A stretch of 32,000 nucleotides of DNA from Pseudoalteromonas tetraodonis (GTDB taxonomy: Bacteria > Pseudomonadota > Gammaproteobacteria > Enterobacterales > Alteromonadaceae): contig NZ_CP011041.1 in the NCBI RefSeq assembly GCF_002310835.1, positions 1,290,001-1,322,000 of the forward strand, written 5' to 3'. Every line of letters begins with the position of its first letter. Position 1 is the first letter of the stretch. Below are positions 1-9,357 of this stretch, in pieces. The position numbers and the translations under genes were made by a program. The notes under the pieces are model-generated. The model was not told where the DNA came from, did no database searches, and worked only from the letters and a program-made list of their open reading frames with translations.

Positions 1-596
1 TTCAACGTAAAAAAGCCATCTCTGACGCCTTAGCAAATGCCAAAAAATTTGAGCAACGTTTTTGGTCTGGTGTTGACTTAAGTAAGCTATATAACGAAAT
101 TTCATCACGCGGTGGTCAATCAACGGGTATTGAAGCGTTATTCACCTCAGGTTTTAAAGAGTTTGCACGCCACAAAAAAAATACCTTTCAAAGTGCAGGC
201 ATTGTTATGGAAGGCACGCACCGTTCAATGCGGGTTGCGCTTTCTCGTGAAATAGAAAAACTAGAATCAAGCTTATCGTTTTTAGCAACCGTTGGGTCAA
301 TTAGCCCTTACATAGGTTTGTTTGGTACAGTATGGGGTATTATGAATGCCTTTATTGCCTTAGGTGAAGTAAAACAAGCAACCTTACAAATGGTTGCACC
401 AGGTATAGCAGAAGCTTTGATTGCAACAGCGATGGGTTTATTTGCGGCTATTCCTGCCGTTATTGCCTATAACCGATTTGCTAATAAAGTTGAAAAGTTA
501 GAATCTCATTACATTAACTTTATGGAAGAATTTGCCAATATTTTACACCGTCAAGCAGCTACCCAAATAGAGGCTCAAGCGAATGTACCAGCGTAA
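1..596 (+). CDS. tolQ: TolQ, Tol-Pal inner-membrane protein (5' end outside window)
   Basis: The frame is open from the window edge (codons in phase with nt 3) to TAA at 594-596. The translation [26 protein letters not shown]...[11 protein letters not shown]...[26 protein letters not shown] is typical of MotA/TolQ/ExbB. It is followed by tolR-tolA-tolB-pal-cpoB. Confidence 0.9.
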   Translation, partial: QRKKAISDALANAKKFEQRFWSGVDLSKLYNEISSRGGQSTGIEALFTSGFKEFARHKKNTFQSAGIVMEGTHRSMRVALSREIEKLESSLSFLATVGSISPYIGLFGTVWGIMNAFIALGEVKQATLQMVAPGIAEALIATAMGLFAAIPAVIAYNRFANKVEKLESHYINFMEEFANILHRQAATQIEAQANVPA

Positions 597-1014
597 AAAG
601 CGTCGCCCAGTCGCAGAAATTAATGTAGTACCATACATTGATGTAATGTTGGTGTTGCTTATTATATTTATGGCCACTGCGCCATTGATAACCCATGGCG
701 TAAAAGTAGACCTACCAAAAATGGAAGAGTCAGACTTGGTTGATACCAAAGATACGCCGCCCATTATTGCCTCTATTGATTCGCAAGGTAAGTATTATGT
801 AAGCATAGGTACTGATCCGGAAGAGCCAATGGAAGCATTAGATGTAGCCGCTGTAATTAAACTACAACTAATGAAAAACCCTGATACTCCAGTAATGATT
901 AAAGGCTCAGGCAAAGTGTCGTATCAAGAAGTGTTACTGCTTATGGATTTTTTGAAGAATGCAGGTGTACCATCGGTAGGCTTAATGACCGAATCCTTTG
1001 AGGGGACCAAGTAG
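583..1014 (+). CDS. tolR: TolR (ExbD/TolR family)
   Basis: 143 aa. The N-terminus [30 protein letters not shown] is the single-TM ExbD/TolR signature. It overlaps the tolQ stop by 14 nt and sits in tol-pal synteny. Confidence 0.9.
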   Translation: MYQRKKRRPVAEINVVPYIDVMLVLLIIFMATAPLITHGVKVDLPKMEESDLVDTKDTPPIIASIDSQGKYYVSIGTDPEEPMEALDVAAVIKLQLMKNPDTPVMIKGSGKVSYQEVLLLMDFLKNAGVPSVGLMTESFEGTK

Positions 1015-1018
1015 TCAT

Positions 1019-1924
1019 ATGAATACGTCGTTAATCAAATCAGTAATACTGCATTTAGCATTAGGGGGATTTTTGTATGCATCAGCAAACATTCATCCAC
1101 CTAAACCTAAAGTAATGGAAGTGACGCTTAATGCCGCCATTCCTGAGCCAGAAAATGCGGTGTCTGCTGTGACCGTGGATCAACAGCAGGTTGAGCAAAA
1201 AATTGCTGAGTTACGCAAAAAAGAAGAAGATAAAAGGCGCGCTGAAGATAAACGCATTCGTGATTTAGAACGCCGCGCAGCAGACGCACGTAAGCAAAGT
1301 GAATCTGAAGCAAGACGCATTAAAAAGCTAGAGCAGCAGCGCAAAGCTAAAGAGAAAGAAAGAGCTGAAGCCGAAGCTCAAGCTAAAAAAGCCCGCGAAA
1401 TAGAACAACGTGAGCGAGCAAAGGCCAAACAAGCGCAAAAGCAAAAGCAAGAGGCTGAAGATGCTGCTAAAGCGGCTGCCGACAAACGCAAAGCCGAAGA
1501 AGCCGCGCTTAAAAAAGCGGAAGAAGAGCGTAAAAAACGTGCTGAAGAAGCCGAGCGTAAACGTCAGCAAGCATTGCAAGAACAAATACTGCAAGAGCAA
1601 CTTGCCAAAGAGCAGGCTGCTCGTAATAAAATACGTCAACAGCAAGTAGTGAGTGAAGTTGATAAATACCGTGCATTAATTATGGCGCGTATTCAGCAAA
1701 ACTTATTAATTGATGAAAAAATGAAAAACCAGCAATGCCGCATTAATCTCCGTCTTGGGTTTAATGGCTTGGTTACGCAGGTTAAGTCGTTAGGCGGTGA
1801 TAAGTTAGTGTGTGAAGCTGCTTTAAGAGCGGTTCGCATGGCTGACACATTACCGGTATCGAAAGATAAAGACGTATTCGAACAATTAAAGAATATTAAT
1901 ATAACCATCGCGCCAGAGTTTTAA
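1019..1924 (+). CDS. tolA: TolA
   Basis: The ATG at 1019 gives [21 protein letters not shown], an N-terminal TM anchor; the track start at 998 is a TTG. A long K/A/E-rich helical domain II spans roughly nt 1190-1640, followed by a small C-terminal globular domain. It sits between tolR and tolB. Confidence 0.85.
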   Translation: MNTSLIKSVILHLALGGFLYASANIHPPKPKVMEVTLNAAIPEPENAVSAVTVDQQQVEQKIAELRKKEEDKRRAEDKRIRDLERRAADARKQSESEARRIKKLEQQRKAKEKERAEAEAQAKKAREIEQRERAKAKQAQKQKQEAEDAAKAAADKRKAEEAALKKAEEERKKRAEEAERKRQQALQEQILQEQLAKEQAARNKIRQQQVVSEVDKYRALIMARIQQNLLIDEKMKNQQCRINLRLGFNGLVTQVKSLGGDKLVCEAALRAVRMADTLPVSKDKDVFEQLKNINITIAPEF

Positions 1925-1932
1925 GGGATGAC

Positions 1933-3291
1933 ATGTTTAACAAAATTAAAATAGCCTGTTTAGTTTTAATATTAGGGTTTCAGGGCGTTGCACACGCGGC
2001 ACTTGAAATTGTTATTACTGAAGGAATAGACGGTGCAAGACCGATTGCGATTGTGCCTTTTAAATACCAAGGTATTGGCCCTATTCCAGAGCAGCTTAGC
2101 GATGTTATTGCTGCTGATCTAATGCGCAGTGGTAAATTTAAGCCAGTTAGCGTTTCACAAATGCCTCAACAACCACATAAAGACGGCGATATTGATTACG
2201 GCGCTTGGGTTAATAAAGGCGTTGAAGCGGTTTTAGTGGGTGAAGTAGAACAGCAAACCAACGGACGTTACTTAGTACGTTATGAGCTTGTTGATGTTAT
2301 TCGCGGCCAAATTACTGGCGGTGAAACACAAATGATGAGCAACGGTAAGCTTGTTCAAAGCCAAGACCATATTTTAGAAGCACGTCAAAGCGTAATTGGT
2401 GAAACTGGATTTCGTCGATACTCGCACCGCATTAGTGATGTTATTTATGAAAAGCTAACTGGCGAAAAAGGCGCGTTTTTAACAAAAATAGCCTATGTTA
2501 TTGTACGTGATACCGAAGAAAAGCCTTATCAGTTAGTGGTTGCTGATTACGATGGTTTTAATGAACAAGTATTATTGCGTTCAAAAGAGCCATTAATGTC
2601 ACCGGTTTGGTCACCTGACGGTACTAAGTTAGCGTATGTAACCTTTGAAAATCGCCAGAGCCAAATTTACATTCAAGACATTTATACGGGTAAACGCGAA
2701 TTGATCACCAGCTACAAGGGAATTAACGGCGCGCCGCAGTTCTCGCCAGATGGTAAAAAGTTACTGCTAGTGCTGTCAAAAGATAAAACTGGTGCAACTG
2801 AGGTTTACTTATTAGACTTACTAACACGTAAAGAGACGCGATTAACACGCCATCGTAGTATAGATACCGAACCTTCGTGGTACCCAAATGGTGAAGATAT
2901 AGTATTTACGTCGGAAAGGGGTGGTAATGCTCAGATTTATAAGTTAAATTTAAAAACTGGCAGAACGCAAAGATTAACCTTTGACGGTGACATGAACCTA
3001 GCGGGTTCTATTTCGCCAGACGGAAAAGAATTAGTGATGGTAAACCGTACTAACGGACAGTATCATCTTGCTAAGAAAGAGTTGGCTACAGGTGCGTTTC
3101 AAGTTTTAACACGAACTCGCCTTGACGAATCACCGAGCATAGCGCCGAATGGCTCGATGATTATATACAGCACGCTCCACAATAATAAACAGGTACTTGC
3201 GCTAGTATCGATGGACGGCCGTTTTAAAGCACGTTTACCTGTGCTTGATGGACAAGTAAAGGCACCGGCTTGGTCGCCATATTTACAGTAA
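1933..3291 (+). CDS. tolB: TolB periplasmic beta-propeller protein
   Basis: Signal peptide [22 protein letters not shown]. Repeated propeller strings are present: [53 protein letters not shown] upstream; tol-pal synteny. Confidence 0.95.
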   Translation: MFNKIKIACLVLILGFQGVAHAALEIVITEGIDGARPIAIVPFKYQGIGPIPEQLSDVIAADLMRSGKFKPVSVSQMPQQPHKDGDIDYGAWVNKGVEAVLVGEVEQQTNGRYLVRYELVDVIRGQITGGETQMMSNGKLVQSQDHILEARQSVIGETGFRRYSHRISDVIYEKLTGEKGAFLTKIAYVIVRDTEEKPYQLVVADYDGFNEQVLLRSKEPLMSPVWSPDGTKLAYVTFENRQSQIYIQDIYTGKRELITSYKGINGAPQFSPDGKKLLLVLSKDKTGATEVYLLDLLTRKETRLTRHRSIDTEPSWYPNGEDIVFTSERGGNAQIYKLNLKTGRTQRLTFDGDMNLAGSISPDGKELVMVNRTNGQYHLAKKELATGAFQVLTRTRLDESPSIAPNGSMIIYSTLHNNKQVLALVSMDGRFKARLPVLDGQVKAPAWSPYLQ

Positions 3292-3326
3292 TAATTGCTG
3301 GTTTACTCAAAATAGGAATCTACTCA

Positions 3327-3866
3327 ATGCAACTTAACAAAATACTTAAAGGCCTGCTAATTGCTGTGCCAGTAATGACACTAGCAGCTTGTAGCTCATC
3401 TTCAGATATCGACGAAAATGCAGCTAACCAGTCAAACCAAGCAACTGTTGAGCAAACAACAACGGATACAGTTGAAGTAGCCACAATGACGCCAGAGCAA
3501 CAAGCAGAAGAGCAACTTCGTCAAAAGTACGAAGCGCTTCGTCAAGAGCAAATTATCTACTTTGACTTTGATAAAGCGACAGTTGAAAGCAAATATGCAG
3601 ACTTACTTCGTGCACACGCTGAGTTTTTAGTTAAAAATCCTTCTGTTAAAGTATTAATTGAAGGCCACGCAGATGAGCGCGGTACGCCAGAGTACAACAT
3701 TGCACTTGGTGAGCACCGTGGACAAGCAGTTGAAAAATACCTACAAAGCTTAGGTGTTTCTGCAAGCCAAATGTCAGTAGTTAGCTACGGCGAAGAAAAG
3801 CCAATGGTTAAGACTCGCACAGAAGCAGCTTTCGCTAAAAACCGCCGTGCGGTACTAGTTTACTAA
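3327..3866 (+). CDS. pal: Peptidoglycan-associated lipoprotein Pal
   Basis: The ATG at 3327 gives [22 protein letters not shown], with lipobox LAAC. The OmpA-like C-terminus reads FDFDKATV...[26 protein letters not shown]...NRRAVLVY. The track start at 3270 would overlap tolB and lacks a signal peptide. Confidence 0.92.
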   Translation: MQLNKILKGLLIAVPVMTLAACSSSSDIDENAANQSNQATVEQTTTDTVEVATMTPEQQAEEQLRQKYEALRQEQIIYFDFDKATVESKYADLLRAHAEFLVKNPSVKVLIEGHADERGTPEYNIALGEHRGQAVEKYLQSLGVSASQMSVVSYGEEKPMVKTRTEAAFAKNRRAVLVY

Positions 3867-3879
3867 GATAAGAGATATT

Positions 3880-4632
3880 ATGAAGCCGAAAATTATTTTG
3901 GCAGCCATGATATTGAGCGGGAGCACCCAGTTAATGGCTGCTCCCGCTCCTGTTTCAGAAGCTGCAAGTTCACAGTCAAGCATTGAAAAGCGTTTAGCAA
4001 CACTTGAAAGTATGATGCAACAGCGTAATTTTTTACAAGTAGAGTTACAGCAACAGCTCAATTTACTGCAAGATGAAGTTAGTCAAATACGCGGAGTAAC
4101 TGAAGAGCAAAGCTATAAGCTTGAAAAAGTACTCCAGCGTCAACGCGAGCTTTATCAAGAAATTGAGAACCGTGTTAGCCAAGCTTATGCAAAGCCGACG
4201 GCTCCAGCGCCTACAACAGACTACACACAGCCTAGTAATGAGCAGAGCTACAGCAGTGATTTATCTGAAAACGAAGCGTACGAACGTGCTGTTGCGCTTA
4301 TAATGAAAGATAAACGCTACGACCAAGCTATTCCAGAATTTCAAGCGTTCTTAACAACGTATCCAAATTCAGTGTACACCTCAAACGCACATTATTGGCT
4401 GGGACAACTATTAACGATTAAAAATGACGGTGTAAAAGCAGCCGAGCACTTTAAAGTAGTTGTTAACGAATTTCCAAATTCAAATAAACGCCCAGATGCG
4501 ATGTTAAAGCTTGGTACACTTTTACAAGAGCAAGGTTTGAAGGCAGAAGCACAAAAAATACTGAATGAGCTTATCAATCAGTACCCAAGTACAACTGCTG
4601 CTAAATTAGCCACAGATCGTTTATCAAAATAA
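3880..4632 (+). CDS. cpoB: Tol-Pal system protein CpoB/YbgF (coiled coil + TPR)
   Basis: Signal peptide MKPKIILAAMILSGSTQLMA, a Q/L-rich coiled coil, then a C-terminal TPR-like region YDQAIPEFQAFLTTYPNSVYTSNAHYWLGQ...FPNSNKRPDAMLKLG. It is the last gene of the tol-pal cluster. Confidence 0.85.
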   Translation: MKPKIILAAMILSGSTQLMAAPAPVSEAASSQSSIEKRLATLESMMQQRNFLQVELQQQLNLLQDEVSQIRGVTEEQSYKLEKVLQRQRELYQEIENRVSQAYAKPTAPAPTTDYTQPSNEQSYSSDLSENEAYERAVALIMKDKRYDQAIPEFQAFLTTYPNSVYTSNAHYWLGQLLTIKNDGVKAAEHFKVVVNEFPNSNKRPDAMLKLGTLLQEQGLKAEAQKILNELINQYPSTTAAKLATDRLSK

Positions 4633-4722
4633 ATGTTGATGCTTGATTAGACTGCTTTTTGTCATAAGCGGTCTAAAATTGCTCAACTAGACATAAAAAC
4701 TTAAAAAAAGAGACAATTTCGG

Positions 4723-4750
4723 TTGCACTCATTTTATAAATAAGTATTAT
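4723..4750 (+). promoter_or_regulatory. Putative sigma70 stable-RNA promoter for the tRNA-Lys array
   Basis: -35 TTGCAC (4723-4728), 16-nt spacer, -10 TATTAT (4745-4750), then a GC-rich discriminator AAGCGCCCGC. An A-rich UP-like tract lies at 4691-4719. The promoter is about 54 nt upstream of the first tRNA. Confidence 0.45.
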
Positions 4751-4803
4751 AAGCGCCCGCAGCAAACGAATGGTAACCCCACTCGAAATGCGACAAAAAG
4801 AGC

Positions 4804-4879
4804 GGGTCATTAGCTCAGTTGGTAGAGCAGTGGACTTTTAATCCATTGGTCGATGGTTCAAGTCCATCATGACCCACCA
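4804..4879 (+). tRNA. tRNA-Lys (anticodon UUU), copy 1
   Basis: 76 nt: GGGTCATTAGCTCAGTTGGTAGAGCAGTGGACTTTTAATCCATTGGTCGATGGTTCAAGTCCATCATGACCCACCA. It folds as a cloverleaf with anticodon loop CTTTTAA, T-loop GGTTCAAGTCC and an encoded CCA. Confidence 0.95.
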
Positions 4880-4948
4880 TTCTTTATTGTTAATAAAGTT
4901 TGGTCTTAATCGGCGGATTTACGCAATGTGTTAACAAACACAATGAGC

Positions 4949-5024
4949 GGGTCATTAGCTCAGTTGGTAGAGCAGTGGACTTTTAATCCATTGGTCGATG
5001 GTTCAAGTCCATCATGACCCACCA
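4949..5024 (+). tRNA. tRNA-Lys (UUU), copy 2
   Basis: Identical 76-nt sequence to copy 1. Confidence 0.95.
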
Positions 5025-5089
5025 TTCTCTATTGAATGGTTATAATCGGCGGATTTACGCGTACTTACTTTTTATAAGTAAACCAGAGC

Positions 5090-5165
5090 GGGTCATTAGC
5101 TCAGTTGGTAGAGCAGTGGACTTTTAATCCATTGGTCGATGGTTCAAGTCCATCATGACCCACCA
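5090..5165 (+). tRNA. tRNA-Lys (UUU), copy 3
   Basis: Identical 76-nt sequence to copy 1. Confidence 0.95.
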
Positions 5166-5234
5166 TTCTTTTTATATTAGAATGGTCTAATCGGCGGATT
5201 TACGCGTACTTACTTTTTATAAGTAAACCAGAGC

Positions 5235-5310
5235 GGGTCATTAGCTCAGTTGGTAGAGCAGTGGACTTTTAATCCATTGGTCGATGGTTCAAGTCCATCA
5301 TGACCCACCA
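5235..5310 (+). tRNA. tRNA-Lys (UUU), copy 4
   Basis: Identical 76-nt sequence to copy 1. Confidence 0.95.
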
Positions 5311-5381
5311 TTCTTTTTTATATTTAGAATGGTCTAATCGGCGGATTTACGCGCACTTACTTTTTATAAGTAAACCAGAGC

Positions 5382-5457
5382 GGGTCATTAGCTCAGTTGG
5401 TAGAGCAGTGGACTTTTAATCCATTGGTCGATGGTTCAAGTCCATCATGACCCACCA
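5382..5457 (+). tRNA. tRNA-Lys (UUU), copy 5
   Basis: Identical 76-nt sequence to copy 1. Confidence 0.95.
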
Positions 5458-5528
5458 TTCTTTTTTATATTTAGAATGGTCTAATCGGCGGATTTACTCG
5501 CACTTACTTTTTATAAGTAAACCAGAGC

Positions 5529-5604
5529 GGGTCATTAGCTCAGTTGGTAGAGCAGTGGACTTTTAATCCATTGGTCGATGGTTCAAGTCCATCATGACCC
5601 ACCA
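5529..5604 (+). tRNA. tRNA-Lys (UUU), copy 6
   Basis: Identical 76-nt sequence to copy 1. Confidence 0.95.
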
Positions 5605-5669
5605 TTCTTTACTGAATGGTTATAATCGGCGGATTTACGCAGCCTTACTTTTTATAAGTAAACCAGAGC

Positions 5670-5745
5670 GGGTCATTAGCTCAGTTGGTAGAGCAGTGGA
5701 CTTTTAATCCATTGGTCGATGGTTCAAGTCCATCATGACCCACCA
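5670..5745 (+). tRNA. tRNA-Lys (UUU), copy 7
   Basis: Identical 76-nt sequence to copy 1. Confidence 0.95.
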
Positions 5746-5895
5746 CTTCTGGTACACTTTCTTCGACATGAAATATTTCCTACTATCTCCCTAATTTTTA
5801 TTTATAAACTGCCTTGTTAGATTGCTATTATTTAGTGTTCGTTTCTCGTATAATTTGCACTATTAATTACACTGTAAATAAAGTGGTCGAGAACA

Positions 5896-6936
5896 ATGAG
5901 TTTAGCTCAAACTATTATGCCAGAAGGCTATATCTTTCCTCCTAAGCCAGCTCCGTTAACACAAGACGAAAAAGGCGAATATAAAGCGCGAATAAAGCAG
6001 TTACTGCAAGAAAAAAACGCGGTACTTGTTGCTCATTATTACACTGATCCTGAAATTCAGGCACTCGCTGAAGAAACAGGCGGTTGTGTAGCCGATTCAC
6101 TAGAAATGGCACGCTTTGGCGCTAGACACGAAGCCGACATGATCATTGTCGCGGGCGTACGTTTTATGGGTGAAACCGCTAAAATTTTAACCCCCAATAA
6201 AACTGTGGTTATGCCAACACTTGAAGCGACTTGTTCATTAGATATTGGTTGCCCTGTGGATGAGTTTTCAGCATTTTGTGATCAACACCCAGATCGTAAA
6301 GTGGTGGTATACGCTAACACCTCTACCGCGGTTAAAGCGCGTGCTGATTGGATAGTTACCTCATCGTGTGCACTTGAAATAGTAGAGCACTTAGATGAGC
6401 AAGGCGAAAAAATTATTTGGGGCCCAGATAAGCATTTAGGCAGCTATATTCAAAAGAATACCGGTGCTGATATGATCATGTGGAACGGCGCATGTATCGT
6501 ACATGACGAATTTAAAACCAAAGCCTTAAAAGACATGAAGGCATTGCACCCAGATGCGGGCGTACTTGTGCATCCAGAATCACCGGCTGAAATTGTTGAA
6601 CTCGCTGATGCAGTTGGCTCTACTAGCCAGCTAATTAAAGCCGCTCAAACAATGAGCAATAAAAAGTTTATTATAGCCACCGATCGCGGTATTTTTTATA
6701 AAATGCAGCAACTATGCCCAGAGAAAGAGTTTTTCGAAGCTCCAACGGCCGGTAGCGGCGCTACGTGTAAAACTTGCGCTCACTGCCCATGGATGGCAAT
6801 GAATGGCTTACAAGCGATTGAGGAAGCACTGATTGATGCCAGCGGTAAAGAAGTGTTTGTTGACATGGATTTGCGCGAAGGCGCACTTAAATCATTAAAT
6901 CGCATGCTTGATTTTACAGCCAATATGGCAAAATAA
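5896..6936 (+). CDS. nadA: Quinolinate synthase NadA
   Basis: 346 aa. The strings [51 protein letters not shown] and [14 protein letters not shown] are characteristic NadA motifs, including Fe-S ligand cysteines. Confidence 0.95.
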   Translation: MSLAQTIMPEGYIFPPKPAPLTQDEKGEYKARIKQLLQEKNAVLVAHYYTDPEIQALAEETGGCVADSLEMARFGARHEADMIIVAGVRFMGETAKILTPNKTVVMPTLEATCSLDIGCPVDEFSAFCDQHPDRKVVVYANTSTAVKARADWIVTSSCALEIVEHLDEQGEKIIWGPDKHLGSYIQKNTGADMIMWNGACIVHDEFKTKALKDMKALHPDAGVLVHPESPAEIVELADAVGSTSQLIKAAQTMSNKKFIIATDRGIFYKMQQLCPEKEFFEAPTAGSGATCKTCAHCPWMAMNGLQAIEEALIDASGKEVFVDMDLREGALKSLNRMLDFTANMAK

Positions 6937-6961
6937 TAGATGGCAATATAATGCATTAGAT

Positions 6962-6990
6962 AAAGGCGATACTCAGGTATCGCCTTTTTT
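6962..6990 (+). terminator. Rho-independent terminator after nadA
   Basis: Stem AAAGGCGATAC (6962-6972) pairs with GTATCGCCTTT (6977-6987) around loop TCAG. The T-run extends to 6990. Confidence 0.75.
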
Positions 6991-7051
6991 ATTTGCTTAT
7001 AGGTGGTTAGTTTGATTATTGAGCAGTTAAAAGCGTGATGTTAAAAAGGCC

Positions 7052-7080
7052 TTGCACCAAGCAAGTGTATTTCATACTAT
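7052..7080 (+). promoter_or_regulatory. Putative sigma70 promoter for tRNA-Ser
   Basis: -35 TTGCAC (7052-7057), 17-nt spacer, -10 TACTAT (7075-7080), GC-rich discriminator AGCGCGC. The layout matches the tRNA-Lys promoter candidate. Confidence 0.45.
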
Positions 7081-7106
7081 AGCGCGCTGTTGCAATGCAA
7101 CATTGT

Positions 7107-7196
7107 GGAGAGATGGCTGAGTGGCTGAAGGCGCACGCCTGGAAAGTGTGTTTAGGTTAATCCCTAACGAGGGTTCGAATCCCTCTCTCTCCACCA
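7107..7196 (+). tRNA. tRNA-Ser (anticodon GGA), class II with long variable arm
   Basis: Acceptor GGAGAGA/TCTCTCC. The D-loop and anticodon arm GAGTGGCTGAAGGCGCACGCCTGGAAAGTGTGT is close to my recollection of E. coli tRNA-Ser(GGA). Long extra arm TTTAGGTTAATCCCTAAC, T-arm GAGGGTTCGAATCCCTC, encoded CCA. Confidence 0.93.
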
Positions 7197-7209
7197 TTAT
7201 TCTATATTA

Positions 7210-7233
7210 GGACGTCTCAGGACGTCCTTTTTT
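7210..7233 (+). terminator. Rho-independent terminator after tRNA-Ser
   Basis: GGACGTC (7210-7216), loop TCAG, GACGTCC (7221-7227), then TTTTTT (7228-7233). Confidence 0.7.
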
Positions 7234-7382
7234 GTGCCTGTAATAAAGTTAAATCAATAGCTTAGCGTCTCATCACGTCCCATCTTGTTTCACCCAAGCT
7301 CAAAGCTTTAGTATCCAATATGGTATTCCTCTAATAAACTGCCATAATAAGGAATACTAAATTAAATTGGAGTTAATTTGTT

Positions 7383-8624
7383 ATGGCCAGATCTACAAAG
7401 CAACTTACTGACACAGCACTAAAAAAAGCAAAAACTGAAGGTAAAGATATAATTTTATCCGATGGTAACGGCCTACAAGTAAAAGTTAGAAAGAGTGGCT
7501 CTAAGCTCTGGAACTTCAACTACTACCATCCAATTACAAAAAAGCGTGTCAACATGGGATTAGGTAAATATCCCGATATATCTATCGTCAATGCACGAAA
7601 ATTAGTCCAAGAAGCCAGAGAGTTGGTTGCTTTAGGCACTGATCCAAAAGAATACAGAGATACAGACCTTGCCCACAAACGAGCACAAGAAGAGTTAACA
7701 CTCAATAAAGTAGCATTAGAGTGGTTTGAGGTTAAAAAGCCTGATTTTACGCAAGCTCATGGCGAAGATATTTGGCGCTCGTTAAATAACCATATACTGC
7801 CGGTTATTGGTAAATATCCAATTGGCAAAATTAACGCACCACAAGTCATAAAAATTTTAAGGCCCATAGAGGCTAAAGGTACTTTAGAAACAGTTAAGCG
7901 TTTGAGCCAAAGATTAAACCAAGTGATGACCTACGCAGTTAATAGTGGTTATATTCAAGCTAATCCGCTTGCTGGAATAAAAGAAACATTTAAAAAGCCA
8001 CAAAAGCAAAACATGCCTTCGTTAAAACCAGAAGAGCTGCCTGAATTGATACAAACGCTTGCAACGGCATCAATTAAACGTGTAACTCGTTTTTTGATTG
8101 AATGGCAGTTGCATACCCTTACCCGCCCTGGTGAAGCTGCCGGTACGCGTTGGGATGAAATTGACTTTGAAAACAAGCTTTGGATTATCCCAGCTGAACG
8201 TATGAAAAAGCGCAGAGAGCATGTCATACCGTTATCACAACAAGCTATAGAGTTATTAGAAGTTATAAAACCAATTTCAGGGCATAGAGACTTTGTTTTT
8301 CCATCAGACAGAAACCCGAGAACTCATATCAACAATGAAACAGCTAATATGGCTCTAAAACGCATGGGTTTTGAGGGCCGTTTAGTAAGCCATGGCTTAC
8401 GTTCGCTTGGAAGTACAACATTAAACGAGCATGAGTTTAATCCCGATATAATAGAAGCCGCACTGGCACATGTAGATAAAAACCAGGTTCGTTCTGCTTA
8501 TAATAGAGCTGAATATATAGAAAAACGTAGAGAGCTAATGAACTGGTGGAGTGAGTATATAGAGAACGCATCACTTGGCTCATTATCTATGTCAGGTACA
8601 AAAAATCTAGCGAAGTTAGGTTAA
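7383..8624 (+). CDS. int: Tyrosine site-specific integrase, P4/CP4-57-like
   Basis: 413 aa. The N-terminal arm-binding region LTDTALKKAK...GLQVKVRKSGSKLWNFNYY is DUF4102-like. Catalytic-type residues are present: LTRPGEAAGTRWDEID (R), HGLRSLGST (H-x-x-R), LAHVDKNQVRSAYNR (H...Y). It lies adjacent to a tRNA gene. Confidence 0.9.
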   Translation: MARSTKQLTDTALKKAKTEGKDIILSDGNGLQVKVRKSGSKLWNFNYYHPITKKRVNMGLGKYPDISIVNARKLVQEARELVALGTDPKEYRDTDLAHKRAQEELTLNKVALEWFEVKKPDFTQAHGEDIWRSLNNHILPVIGKYPIGKINAPQVIKILRPIEAKGTLETVKRLSQRLNQVMTYAVNSGYIQANPLAGIKETFKKPQKQNMPSLKPEELPELIQTLATASIKRVTRFLIEWQLHTLTRPGEAAGTRWDEIDFENKLWIIPAERMKKRREHVIPLSQQAIELLEVIKPISGHRDFVFPSDRNPRTHINNETANMALKRMGFEGRLVSHGLRSLGSTTLNEHEFNPDIIEAALAHVDKNQVRSAYNRAEYIEKRRELMNWWSEYIENASLGSLSMSGTKNLAKLG

Positions 8625-8962
8625 TAGCCATAACTCATTTAGCTAAACAACAATTGTGTCTCGAAATTTGAATCTAGGAATGATTTTAGTTGGCCCATGG
8701 TTTGTAATTTATTGCTAGACATAATTTTTTTCGCGACATAGACTGAACTTAGAAAAAGGATTTTACAAGGATGTTCATTGATGAACACTTTATTTATACC
8801 CCCTAAAAATGTAATAACAGCAGAGCAACCCGCTCGTTTCAAAAGTGTATTAGTCTACAAATCAATATTTTCAGTGTTTTGCCCTGATTCATAATTATTA
8901 ATTAATTTTAATGATGGGCTTATCCATGCCTGAAAACATCATAATTATAAAGGAATAATTCG

Positions 8963-9355
8963 ATGTTTATACAAAACCTCAACAAAGCTCAACAAGAAGT
9001 GCTTCTCAAGTTAGCCAACGACCTAATGATCTCTGATGGTGTTATAGATCAAAGCGAAGAAGAATTGATTAGCTTTATTAAATCTCAGTGTACCGAAGGT
9101 GTATCTGAATTAGAAATCTTCAATCTAAGCGAAATCAAAGATATCTTTGACAGTAAAAAAGCCAAAGTCTCGATGTTACTTGAGCTTATTGGATTAGCTC
9201 ACGCTGATGGGGATTACGGTAAAGAAGAAATGGTTTTTATCAATGAAATAGCTTCAGTACTAAACATAAATGAAGCTAATTTAAATGAGTTGGAAAATTG
9301 GGTTAGACGTCAACTCGATTTAGTGAACGACTCAGTTATGTTCATGGAGGAATAA
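8963..9355 (+). CDS. TerB-like (tellurite-resistance TerB / DjlA-N fold) small protein
   Basis: 130 aa with two copies of the TerB-type hairpin motif: LANDLMISDGVIDQSEEELISFI and LIGLAHADGDYGKEEMVFINEIASVL. AAGGAA RBS. The stop is 2 nt before the next ATG. Confidence 0.6.
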   Translation: MFIQNLNKAQQEVLLKLANDLMISDGVIDQSEEELISFIKSQCTEGVSELEIFNLSEIKDIFDSKKAKVSMLLELIGLAHADGDYGKEEMVFINEIASVLNINEANLNELENWVRRQLDLVNDSVMFMEE

Positions 9356-9357
9356 CT

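Larger units (their letters stand above)
4804..5745 (+). repeat. Tandem array of 7 tRNA-Lys units with conserved spacers
   Basis: Start-to-start periods are 145, 141, 145, 147, 147 and 141 bp. The spacers share AATGGT(C/T)TAATCGGCGGATTTACGCG(T/C)ACTTACTTTTTATAAGTAAACCAGAGC and differ by only a few bases or indels. Confidence 0.95.

Noticed and set aside
543-764. 73-aa ORF on the minus strand across the tolQ/tolR junction
   Set aside because: It is antisense to two well-supported genes and has no signals.
1128-1908. ORFs 1128-1313(-), 1328-1645(-), 1410-1649(+) and 1693-1908(-), all overlapping tolA
   Set aside because: They lie entirely within tolA. Their low-complexity translations (F/L/S-rich or K-rich) are shadow frames of the K/A/E-rich TolA domain II. 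None has an RBS or a recognisable family.
3270-3326. Upstream start (3270) for pal, and TTG start (998) for tolA
   Set aside because: The extended N-termini overlap the upstream genes and lack signal or anchor features. The internal ATGs (3327 and 1019) give a canonical lipoprotein signal and TM anchor respectively.
3855-4577. ORFs 3855-4061(-), 4121-4303(+) and 4392-4577(-) inside cpoB
   Set aside because: These are alternative-frame or antisense shadows of cpoB.
4633-4680. Hairpin TAGACTGC...GCGGTCTA after cpoB, considered as a terminator
   Set aside because: The stem is 8 bp with a G-U pair, the loop is 12 nt, and there is no T-run, so support is too weak for a call.
4804-5745. Regular ~145-bp periodicity that could be mistaken for a CRISPR or other repeat array
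   Set aside because: The repeat unit is a complete tRNA-Lys cloverleaf and the spacers are conserved rather than unique, so this is not CRISPR.
7523-8227. ORFs 7523-7705(-) and 7955-8227(-)
   Set aside because: Both are antisense within the integrase gene.
8639-8842. 67-aa minus-strand ORF between int and the TerB-like gene, considered as a possible Xis/AlpA
   Set aside because: It has no RBS, shows no helix-turn-helix-like sequence, and points toward int. It is probably a chance ORF in AT-rich intergenic DNA.
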